From Vicugna vicugna (lineage: Eukaryota): a DNA stretch of 64,000 nucleotides. Within the stretch, counting starts at the first letter, position 1. Every line of letters starts with the position of its first letter. The notes beneath the pieces are model-generated. The model had not been told where the DNA came from. It did no database searches and saw only the letters and a list, made by a program, of their open reading frames with translations. Position numbers and translations under genes: made by a program. The stretch covers positions 2,234,001-2,298,000 of the forward strand of contig MU058009.1 in the NCBI GenBank assembly GCA_013265495.1. Reading direction: 5' to 3'. This document shows positions 13,049-23,755 of this stretch, piece after piece.

Positions 13049-13999
13049 AGAAAAATTCTTTTGATGAGGCGAATGAAGCCCCCCTCATGGTGTGGAGGAA
13101 GCCCCAGGGACCAGGGCAGTACCCCCATCCCCTGTGTATAGTGAGGGTTCCTACGAGCAGTCTCTAGTGACGTCATCCAGGTTCAGGGCAGGTGGGGGCA
13201 GGACAGGTGGACTTGCCATCACAGTGCTTTGTGGAGAGAACACTGACGGGGTCCCCTAGGCGCCTCAGAACCATCGTGGAAATAGGACTCAGTTGGAGAT
13301 GTGGGTGTTTGGCAGCTTGCTGAGAATATCCTGCTCACCTGGTGAACTCAGAGAGGCAAAGCATTTATATTCCAGCAGGAGGGGGAGCCGGCAGGGATCT
13401 GGGAGGGGAGGCGGGGAAGGAAGCAAGTCATTGTCCTGCAACACGGGATCCTGACATGCTTGCTCAGCATTTCTTGTCCACAGTGGGAAAACAGATTTGA
13501 AAATGAGAATGGAACACTTCATTTTGGAAATTGCCTCGTGAGTACGTGCTTATTATCAGAGGCGTTCCTCATAACTGACAGCGGCTGATGCCGTGGGATG
13601 GGGCAACGGCCTGCCCAGCTGCCCAGGCTGCCTAATTATCATATAGATGTTAATGATGCACTCCCGAGTTTCAGCATCCCGGTGGTTACTACATTATGAT
13701 GCAGTCACAGTGTTCGTGCAGGAAGTCACGTGTACTCGAGGGGAGAAGGCAGCGTGAGAGCAGAGTTCAAGGTGGAAATCCTGTTAGAAAGCCTCCCTCT
13801 CGGCCCTCCTCCCACTCATGGCCTCACTTTCTGCTGCTGATAAAACACGCCCGCCTCCCCGGTGTTGTTTTGGGGAAGAGTGATTAACTAGGGAGTCTCA
13901 ACTTAATGCCCTGCAAAGATGAACGAGGTGAACGTGCAGACTTCACGGGAGGGAGCTGAGCAGTCTCGGGGCCGTCCCGGGCATGACTGCGCTCCCTGG

Positions 14000-14286
14000 A
14001 CAACCAGACCGGGGGCCGAATTCGGACCTCCTCTGTCTTCCTTCTGCCATGAGCTAAGAGTGGTTTTCACACCTGTGCCTGGGAGGAAAGAAATCAGAAG
14101 AATAACATTTCATGACACGTGAGACATCTGTGAAGTCCAGATATTGGTGTCCCTAAAGTTCTACTGGCCCACAGTCCCTCCCATTTGTGTCCATATTGAG
14201 TCGTTTTGCCAGAGAGAGAGTGTGGCCTGCAGAACCTAAAATATTTTCTCTCAGGCCCTTCACAGGACAAGTTTGCAAACTCTTGA
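14000..14286 (-). mobile_element. MER58B-like hAT DNA transposon
   Basis: gaagaataacatttcatgacacgtgag...taaagttctactgg...tggcctgcagaacctaaaatattttctctcaggcccttcacaggacaagtttgc matches MER58 as recalled. Confidence 0.75.
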
Positions 14287-15329
14287 TCAGGAGTATTGGC
14301 AGCAGGGTTCCTGGGCTGTGAAATGAAGTTGCTCCTGGTCCACGCAGTATGATGTCATTCCAGGGCACAAAACCCCAGACCGCGGTTGTGTTACCCTGTG
14401 ATGCGGGAGACCTGAACGCGGGAGCGTCGTGCAGAGTTCTGCAAGGACTCTCTTAGACTGAGGTCAGGCCCTTAGCAAAACGGACACATTTCCAAACCTT
14501 TCTAGAAACAACACTCGATTTTTCCGCACAGAGAGAGGGGTCAGAAATATTTGCAGGAAAGTGGTTGCGATACCACTGAATTTGGGGGACTTTTCTTCAT
14601 GGTCCTAAGCCTCTCTGGTTTTCCCAAAGGAAATTTGAGAACGACAGCTTCTGAGAGGCTGGGAGCATCACAATTCCTGACGTTTTCTAGTTTGAGGTTT
14701 GGGTGACTTTTATAGGCTTCTCGTTTGACTTTAATTTGTTGCCAGTCTTTTGAAATAATAGTGATAATAGCAAACATTGTGCAATCACGTTCACACAGCC
14801 CCACCCGGAAGGGTTTGCATAGCTGGATAAAGCACTTAATTGCCGTGCAAATGCACATCTATATGTGCCTCTGGGAACTGTCAGCTCTCAGTCCGAGGCT
14901 GCCAGGCCTTTCAGGAAGTACGAAGCATGGTTCTCTCGGGACCTCAGTCCACCCTCACTTTGGTTAAGGCACTTGGGTCCGGGTGAGGCTTCAGTTTTCC
15001 AGAGCAGCCCCGAGTACTGAAGCCCTTGGCAAGCGGGACACTGAAATGAATCTGATTCGGTGCTAGCTTCCTAGTCATTGTTGGGTTTCTTCAGCAACTT
15101 GGATTTTGCCCCTGACTTTGGGATGAAGTGGAGAGGGGTGAGGACAAGTAGAAGGTAGAGTCACTTCAGAGGAGGAGATGATTGATGTTGCTGGTGAAAA
15201 TTCTCCCTGGAAGAGGTGTACATGTGGTCCACGCTGCATCTAATTTCCTTACTCCACATCGGAGTTGAAGTTCACAAAATGACAATAATAATGATAAACA
15301 ACATAAATATAAAAACAAATGAACGTCAC

Positions 15330-15460
15330 AGCAAACACTTACATGATACTTACCACGTACCAGGCACTGCTCTGAATGCCTTCCGTGAATTAACGTATTT
15401 AATTCCCACCACGATCATGTGAGATGCTATTCTTTCATTTAATAGATGAAGAAGCTGATA
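15330..15460 (-). mobile_element. MIR fragment
   Basis: cacttacatgatacttaccacgtaccaggcactgctctgaatg...atttaattccc...atagatgaagaagctga. Confidence 0.7.
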
Positions 15461-16029
15461 GAAAGAAGCAGGGAGAGAGACCTCTTCTTGGGTGGGACAG
15501 TAGGAAGAGGAGAGGAAGGAAGATTCTTGGTTGTATAGAGACTGAGTACATTAAGGGATAATCTCTGATTTCTGTGATGTTAACAGAAAGACAAAAACCC
15601 TTCTCAAAAAATATGGGAGGAAGAGCAGAGGAGAAAAGCAAACCTTGTCACACATGGGGACATGTTGTTACCTCATTTGGAGCTTAGATGCCTGAAGAAC
15701 TTCTTATTTTCAAAAGAATGGTGCTGGGTACAGAATAGATCTTCAGTAACATTAAAAAAAATTTCTTATATTACAACTCACTTGACCTTCCTTACCTAGT
15801 TCCTTATTTCTAGGCTATAAAAACACCCCTAGAATGATGAGGACATGTTTCTTTCCAAGGAACAGTCAAGTTCTTGCAGAGCTGAGGCCCTAGGGAGTGT
15901 GTCAGTGCCCAGATTTGCCAAGTGAGTTGAGGATGGACACAGTTCACTGTTTTATTATCTGCCATGCTCCGCTGCCTTAGGTACTGTTCCAGGCTAGGTA
16001 TGATTTAAGTAAACTTTACCTGATTGTTA

Positions 16030-16515
16030 AACTATTTTTAAAAAATTAAATGTTAGGTAGATAAAAATATTTATGGAATATGTGTAAGCTATAAGGAGTA
16101 ACAGTACATGAACACCTGCGTGCCCACCACTCAGGCTAAGAGAAAGGACGTTTGGTCTGCCTGTGCCCCTCCCTGGCGCCGTCCCGGCTCTTTGTCCGTT
16201 AGAGGTACCAGCATCTCAGTTCTCAGTCCACACCCTGCTTTTCTCTGTAGTTTTACCATGTTCGTATCCCTAAATCACAGACTGCTTAGCTTTGCTGGGT
16301 TTTGAACTTTATCTGAATGTTACCGCACTGCATGTATTTTTGTGACTTGTCTTTTCACATTGCATCCAAGATCTGGAATCACAAAGATTTCAAGAGTCCT
16401 CTCTGGGATGCGTGGCCGCAGCTCACTCACGTTCGCTCCAGTATCGCATCCAGGCCATAAATACTCCTTAGTCTCTGTACCCACTCCTTTGATGGGCTTC
16501 TGGGTTGTTTTCAGT
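16030..16515 (-). mobile_element. Old L1 (L1ME-like) 3' region
   Basis: atgaacacctgcgtgcccaccactcaggctaagaga...ttttgaactttatctgaatg...gatgggcttctgggttgttttcag. Confidence 0.6.
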
Positions 16516-17224
16516 TATTACAGATTTTGCTGCTTCAACAGTCTTGTTAAATTCGTTTTTAAAACCAGTGATCAGGAGGACTCATTTAATCAGTTCTTCT
16601 GTGAAAAAGCATAGTCTTAGAGCTTAATGAAAATTAATAACTATTCCTTGCACAGATACAGTTTTCATTTGGGGGCACACACTACCTATTAAATGGGTTT
16701 ATTTTTCATTGCTTTTAGGGTTAAATTTTTTTCCAGAATTGACAATGATATATGTATTTTTTTCCTAAGTGAATCAAAGCATTTATTATAAAAAAAAATC
16801 ACTGGAAAAGGAAAGAACTCTGCCCAATTTTACAATGAAGGTTTTGTAAATATTTTGATAAACAAAATTGAAAAGACTAATTTTCATTTGAATGTGAAGT
16901 ACTTTCTTCTCTAAGTTAAACATTAAGTAAGCTTTTGTCATCCAGAGCAACAGGCAGTATTGCATTATGTAGGTAAGATGGTCTTTGCCTACTCCTGATT
17001 ATTTGTAGTCTAGAAAATAAATTTAAAAAATTTTTTCAACTTAAAAAGATAGGCCTTGGAAAGCATTTGAAATCATTTACAGAGTTGTGCCAGGGCACAA
17101 AGGTTTAAAGTGGGTAAGGCTCCAGATCCACTCAGCTGGTTTTGCCTGGGAAGAAGACCAAAGCTCAGAGTAATTCAATCACGTAACCGCAGTCACAGAG
17201 ACCTGCCGTGCCTTCCATGTGTTA

Positions 17225-17656
17225 ATTTATTTTTTTTATTGAAGGGTAGCCAGTTGACAGTGTTGTGGTAATTTCTGATGTACAGCATAGTGATTCAGTT
17301 ATACACATATATATTCCTTTTCATGTTGTTTTTCATTCTAGGCCATTATAAGGTATTGAATACAGTTCCCTGTGCTCTACAGTATAAACTTGTTTGTATA
17401 TTTTATATACAGTAATGTGTATCTGCTAATCCTAAATTCCTAATTTCCGCCTCCCCACTCCCTTTTCTCCCCGGTAACCATGTCTGTGAGTCTGTTTATG
17501 TTTTGTGAATAAGTTCATTTGTGTCACTTTTTTTTAAGATTCCACATTTAAGTGGTATCGTATAGTTTTTCTCTTTCTCTGGCTTACATTACTTAGTTTG
17601 ACAACCTCCAGGTCCACCCGTGTTGCTGCAAATGGCATTATTTTATTCTTTTTCAT
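17225..17656 (-). mobile_element. Lineage-specific L1 3' end
   Basis: gtacagcatagtgattcagttatacac...gttccctgtgctctacagt...gattccacatttaagtggtatc...gttgctgcaaatggcattattttattc. Confidence 0.85.
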
Positions 17657-17854
17657 GTGCCATGCCTTTGAAATTCAACTTCTTTAAAATAGCTCTATGA
17701 TTGTCTAGTTTCATTTCCAAATGAGAAGCCACAGCTACTTTTCCTAATGATTTCTTTTTCTTTTTTTTTTTTGGCTTCAGTGTCTTCAATTATTTAGCGT
17801 CCTTTAAAGAAGACCGCTAATACACTCTGTCACGACAGTTTGGGGTTTGATTTC

Positions 17855-18480
17855 CTGCCGTGGCTTGTCCGCACCCTGCGCACTGCGCCGACCTGCAGGG
17901 ACTGGCCCGCAGCGCCTGCTGCCCGGCGGGGACGAGGCCTCCTGCCCGCGACCCGCGGCCGCGGCGCTGCTCGGGGCCCTGCTGTCGTGGGTCGTGGGGA
18001 CTGGGGTGGCCGCGCGCGCGGGGCGGTGGCGGCTGGTGCCCCGGGCGGCCCTGGGCTTTCCCTCCGCAGGAAGCGGCAGCTTTGCAGGGGCGACCTTAAT
18101 GAGGTCACCGGGATTAGGCCGTGCGTTTGGGGCTGGGTGTGAGGCTTTTCATGTCCCTGGAATCTCCCCGGCCGCCCGGCCTGCCTGAAATAGCCCTGCT
18201 TGGGCGCAGAAGAAATGCAGCCTCATCCTCGGGAGCGGGCCAGCTCCGCGTCTGCGGGGTGGGAGGTGGGCTCTGACTCTCTCCGCCTTTAAGGAGAATC
18301 TCTGAAAGCTTAGGAGTCGGATTGAAAAACCTGATGGGAACGGCACAGGCCGTGGGGCCGCGTCGTGGAGGCTGAGTTCGCAGCGCTGCTACTGTCCCGG
18401 TGACTTGGGACCAGCCCTGTGCTTTGCTGGGCCTCTCCTTTTCCGTGGGGAAGTGGGTGTAAAAACACGAAGCTCGTGGG
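17855..18480. promoter_or_regulatory. Intronic CpG island
   Basis: Abrupt GC- and CpG-dense block (e.g. cccgcggccgcggcg, ggccgcgcgcgcggggcgg with a GGGGCGG GC box) between AT-rich flanks. Confidence 0.75.
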
Positions 18481-18596
18481 TTTGCCATGGAGGTCGAATG
18501 GGCTAGATCTCCTGAATCTTTTATGGGCACAGGACTTCACCTCTGAAATATATTTAAGAAAAAAGAGAAAAAAGAAAAGAAAAGAAAAAAGAATCC

Positions 18597-18785
18597 AGGA
18601 AGAGGGTATATAGTTCAGCCATGGAGTGTGTGCCTAGCAAACACGAGGTCCTGGGCCCAGTCCCTCCATTAAATCTATCAATCAATCTTAATTACCCCTC
18701 CCCCCAAATACAGTGCTGTATGTCAATTATATCTCCATTAAAAAAAAAGGGAGGGAAAAAATTGAAAAAAAGAGAGAGAGAGAGA
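18597..18785 (+). mobile_element. Diverged tRNA-derived SINE joined to a short L1-type 3' terminus
   Basis: gagggtatatagttcag...gtgcctagcaaacacgaggtcctggg...cttaattacccctccccc followed by gctgtatgtcaattatatctccattaaaaaaa; flanks aaaagaatcc / aaaggaatcc. Confidence 0.7.
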
Positions 18786-20472
18786 AAAGGAATCCTACAT
18801 TTCCTCATGTCTGCATCAGAAAGCCAGGAACACATCTGTGAAAAGCCGGAGATACAGTGATGGCTGGAGTCACAGCCTGCCCAGCATGTCTTTACTCATT
18901 TGTCTTACTGTTAGAATGTGTTTCTCTGTTTCTCAGCTTTCCGCACTTCCTCCACACAGTTGAACCTTCTCCTGTCCAGGAACCACCCCGATGCTACACC
19001 TGCAGTTTCCAGATGTTGCTGTTCCTCCCGCACCCACTTTGGTGGTGGTGGTGGTTTTTGGGTCTAAGAATTTATAATCTGCAGCTCGCCACACTTAGCT
19101 AATAGACTGTATTATCTGGAATGGTCTGTTCTGACCGGAGAATCCTTAAATTGAAGGCCTTATTTATCTATATTAAATATCCACTGTTTTTTTAAATTCT
19201 CTGAGTTTGTGCTGACTGTACTTCACCACGAGGGATAACGGTTCATTTCAAGTTAATCTATGAGACTAAAGTGTAACCGAGTTGGTGGCGGACCGCAGTT
19301 CAACGGCAGCTGTTAAACAGTGCATAGCAACTCCTCACAACGGCTTGAACATGAAAAAGAAGTCAGAGTAATAGAATATGCTGGAATTTGACGAGGACGC
19401 GAGCGCTGCAGGACACGGGATGGAACTTGCAGTTGTAGACAATGGCTGCGCTTCCAAAGATCGGAGCCCCCAAGCCTTCAGCCCCTCGGTGCCCCAGGAG
19501 AAAGGCTGGTGGGATTACCAGCAAGGCTCCTGCACAGCTCGGGGAACGTTGCTCTCCGTTGTCACACCACTTGCCACGTTCCTGAACCATAAAGTTGATG
19601 ATCGGTATAACTGCAGAAACTCTCAAAACTTTCAGAGATGAAAAGTGGTAAAAACTGAAAGAAGGTAAGTCACCTGGTGCACGTAACTGGTATCGAACAT
19701 CTTTTCATGAGCGAATCTGGTCGAAGCTAGTGGATGTCGAAAAATGCCCTAAAAATGTTCATAGCATCATTTAAGAGTGTGGACCCATTTGGAAATAAAA
19801 ATTATTAATGAAACGCTTCCTTTTTGTGCACAGGAAATTGTACAGATGGCTGTGATTTGGGGAGGATTTTATACGAAATCTGACTCTAAATAAAGTTTGT
19901 CAAAAACTTAGTGCCTGCATTAAAAACCTTAGTGAATTAAATCTAACCCTTAAATGATGGAGTGAGTCACACTATAAACTTTCTGACTAAAACAAAGAAA
20001 ATCTAACAGCACTTACTGTTTCAACTAGAGTGCATTAATAAAAAAAATTACTGAGCACTTACCCCCAGGTATGATGGTGACTGAGCATCAAGGTTCTACC
20101 TTCACGGTTGTGGGAGGGAGAGGCAGACAAATACTTGTGAAGTGACCAGCGCAACACATTCCATGATGCTGGAAGGTGGGTGTGCCGAGGGGCACCTAAC
20201 TTAGGCCGGGACAGGGGTAGCAATTAGGGCAGACCGCAGGTTGGAGAGGCAGGCTGAGGGCAGTGTTCTCACACAGCCAGCACGTTTCTAAAAGGAGTTC
20301 ATTGTCCTGAAGTCATGAATATAACTGCACATTTTTTTTTGCTGGTTAAATCTTACGACCTTCAGGGTGAATATTTTTATCACCAGTCTGTATAAAATGT
20401 AGATGTCAAATCAAATTAGTACAATATTAACAGCAACACTGTCTACACTGCCTCTTTAGAAGTTGTGCTTTA

Positions 20473-20739
20473 TGGAAAGCAAGCTCATGGTCACCAAAGG
20501 GGGAGGGGTGGGGGAGGGATAAACTGGGAGTTTGGGATTAGCAGATACAAACTGCTGTACAGAAAGTAGATAAGCAACAAGGTCTGACTGTGTAGCACAG
20601 GGAACTATATGTAACACCCTGCAATAAACCATAATGGAGAAGAATATGAAAAAGAACACACATACATATGTATAACTGAATCAGTCTGCTGTCCACCTGA
20701 AACTAACACAACGTTGTTCATCAACTACAATTAAGAAGA
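20473..20739 (+). mobile_element. Lineage-specific L1 3' end
   Basis: gggataaactgggagtttgggattagcagatac...gtagcacagggaactatatg; TSD aagttgtg(c/t)ttta at 20460-20472 and 20740-20752. Confidence 0.85.
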
Positions 20740-21604
20740 AAGTTGTGTTTTAAAAATAAACTTGCATGAACTCAGCCTCACACATGTGTCGTGGAAGGAC
20801 AGTGCAGACCATTCGGGCGAATTACTGTTTTCTTTTGTTCTTCCCCTTTTCCTCTTTATTGCCTTGGAGGGTTAGGATAGTATCCATGTCTCTTGGTGAA
20901 GGTGGGGCTCTGTGTTTTACCAAGAGTGGAGGTTCATTTGATGTACTGAGTCTACATTTAATTTTGTGATGAGCCCCCAGAGGGACAAGGGTGAGTTGTT
21001 TCACTCTTTTGAACTCTTTTCCTTTCCAGCAGAGATACCATGCTCATTGGTGAAGTACTTGGAGCTTCTTAAACATAACATAGCAAACTGAGGAAAATGC
21101 AAAGTATGGTTACATATGTACAAATGTTTGCCTGCTCCAAGCAGATGCCCAGTAGAGGTTTTCCTGAGGTAAATTTAATTGAGAATTTAACCATTCACAG
21201 TTCATTGTAAAATATTGAAATCCTGATTGCAACAGGTGAAAAAATATAGCACTGCTGTTCCCATTGGAATTTCAGAGCTTCAAGCGTGAGTATGTTCGAT
21301 TCTGGTGTAGCCATCGTTTGGTTGGCTAAGTTCATCAGAGTCTGCATGCGAGATCAGGAATGTGTTTGTCTGCTTTGTACAGGACACATTTCAGCACCAT
21401 TTGCAAAAGCTGAGTTTGATTTCATTTCAAATACTTGCCTTGTGAAACCTCAAGAGAGCCAAGTGGTTGTGGTAGGGTTTGTAGGCGAAGGGGGCTGCGT
21501 AACTCTGAGTTTTCTTGTCCTCAGAAAGGATAACTGTGTTTTCAAAGAAACACAGTGGCTCAGATAAAATCAGGCTGGATTACTTTAACTCCTTAACCTA
21601 GCTT

Positions 21605-21741
21605 TTCTTTTTTTAATGTTGGGGAGGGGGGAGGTAATTAGGCTTATTTATTTATTTACTTTTAGAGGAGGCACTGGGGATTGAACCCAGGACCTCGTGC
21701 ATGCTAAGTATGTGCTCTACCCCTGTACTGTGCCCTCCCCC
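21605..21741 (-). mobile_element. tRNA-Ala-derived SINE (Vic-1-like), long-tail form
   Basis: ggtaattaggcttatttatttattt...ggaggcactggggattgaacccaggacctcgtgcatgctaagtatgtgctctacc...ccctcccc. Confidence 0.9.
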
Positions 21742-22209
21742 GACAACCTGCCCTTCTGGGTTGCAGTTCAACCCCAAGAATGTTTTCAGAAAGACAAAAA
21801 GCATAACTGCTTTTGTCGATAGCCATTCAGGGGACATCGTACAGACCACCTCTGTGCTGGTCCGGGGCCAGCTCACGCCCACCTGGTAGATGAGCCCATT
21901 AGCACTGCGTTTGTGACACGTGGCGCCTCCGCGCTGCAGGCTCTCTGGGAGTGTAGTTAATCAGACGGCTCGTCATTTGGATTTCTGTTCTCGCGCAGAG
22001 ACTTTCCGATCAACCGGAGGGGTGAAGTGAGGGGACGAGTGATTCTGGAGCCAAGAGAACAAATTCAACTCTAAGCCAGCTGCCGCTTCTCCTGGATCTG
22101 GAGAGTCTGTGGTTCTGGGATTAGAATCATAGGCCGAAATGTACTCACGCTGGTCATCCAAAGCATCTTTATTTAGCAGAGGAGAAACAGAGGTCTGAGT
22201 CAGGGCAGA

Positions 22210-23340
22210 AGACATTCAACGAGCACCTACTCTTCACCAGGCTGAGGGAGCAGCTGCAACAATGCGTTGCCCCCCAAAGAGCTTACCAAGTAGTAACATA
22301 TTACAAGTCAGCGCAAACCCTGTGGAGAGGGCTGTGGACGGTCAGTGCGGAGGCACCGCGGGAGCACGAAGCAAGGGATTCAGCCCAGTCTGCGTAGGAG
22401 GCAGCAGAGGCTGGCGAAGGTCTTATAAATGAGAAAACCCAAGCTGAATCTTAAAGGATGAATAAGAATTTGCTGGGGGAAGGAGACTCCTGGGGCGAGG
22501 CTGGGGGCATCCTGGGGTGAGGAGAAATATGCCCAAAGATGAAGTGGCTTGAGACAGCACGGGATGTGTCTGGGAACCGTGGGCAGCTCAGTAGGAATAG
22601 GATATGACTGCAGAGAGCAGGTGCCGAGAGGAGGGGTTGGAAAGGAGGGGCCCGTGCCGGGAGATTGGTTCTGTTGGCTGGGAAGAGTCATGGCAGGGGT
22701 CTTGGCAAGGGAATAACAATTGGATTTGGGTTGGGGGAGAATCATTATGGAGGGTGACCTTGACAGGGACAAGCCTGAAGGCAGGAGGACCAGTTAGGAA
22801 GCTGTTGACATCATGCAGGGATGAGGTAATGAACTCAGGCAGTGGTAGGAGAGGCCAAGGATGGAGCCCAGGGGGAACCCAGCATCTCATGGGCAGGAGA
22901 GAGTCAGGAATCTAAGCAAAGCCCTAGTCAGAGAGAGAAAAGAAAAATCAGTGTCAGGGAGAGAATTTCAAAAGGAATGGGTGATCAGCAGTGTTGAATG
23001 CAGCTGAGGGATCCAATGGACTAAAGGCTGAAAGGTTTCCAGAGCAGTGGTCTGTGGCCCAGCAGTGCCAGAGACACAGTCTGGATGTGGAGACGATCGC
23101 TGATGACCTGGACACGTGGCTTTCATGGGAATGGCTGGGGCAGAATCAACATGGCAGACAACTTGGGAGTTAACGTAAAATGAGGAAGTGGAGGTAATAT
23201 CCTCTTGCAAGAAACTTGGCCAAGCTAGAAAAGAGACATTGTTAGAGACAGACATGAGTCAGGAAGACGCTTTTGTTCTTCAGCATGGTGAAGACTTAAG
23301 CACCTGTTTTTTGGCTTAAAGGAGAGTAAGAAGATTGAGG
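22210..23340 (-). mobile_element. L2 LINE 3' region
   Basis: cattcaacgagcacctact...aagctgaatcttaaaggatgaataaga...gaaggcaggaggaccagttaggaagctgttg...cagtgttgaatgcagctgaggg: typical purine-rich antisense L2. Confidence 0.75.
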
Positions 23341-23559
23341 TTTATGATAAGGAGGTAGATAAAGAAAAAGCACATATGTGAAAGACAGATCCTTCCATAG
23401 AAGCGTTTGAACAAATGTAATGATTGTGTGTGGGATGAAGTGAAATGGTTGCTCCTCTGAGGTCCCGAGGCTTGGAGTTTAGTTCTGGATCTTCAAGGAT
23501 TCTTTGGGAAACCTCGTGTGTTAATAACACATTGTGTGTTAATAAAAGCCTACAGCTTT

Positions 23560-23755
23560 TTAAGGCACAGATCTGGTTTGAAGTCCAAGTCCCTCACCAT
23601 GAAGCGTGTCACTTGGGGCAAATTATTCAGACACACTTGGCATTCATTTCCTCATTTCTAGACAAGGCTTAATAATACCCACCGTGGCAGTTTAACCCAG
23701 CAATTAAATGAGAAAGTGTGTGTGTAAACTCCTGGGTGTGGTGTCCAAGCAGACG
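23560..23755 (+). mobile_element. MIR SINE
   Basis: acagatctggtttgaagtcc...tgtcacttggggcaaattatt...catttcctcatttcta...aattaaatgagaaa. Confidence 0.75.

Noticed and set aside
17830..18188. Several overlapping Arg/Gly/Ala/Pro-rich ORFs, possibly BARX2 exon 1 or a retrogene
   Set aside because: They reflect stop-codon scarcity in a CpG island; none resembles the BARX2 N-terminus or any protein I recognise.
19100..19900. Segment vaguely resembling an old Tigger-type transposon or pseudogene, with an 87-aa ORF
   Set aside because: I could not identify terminal inverted repeats, a TSD or a transposase motif, so I left it unassigned pending a Dfam search.
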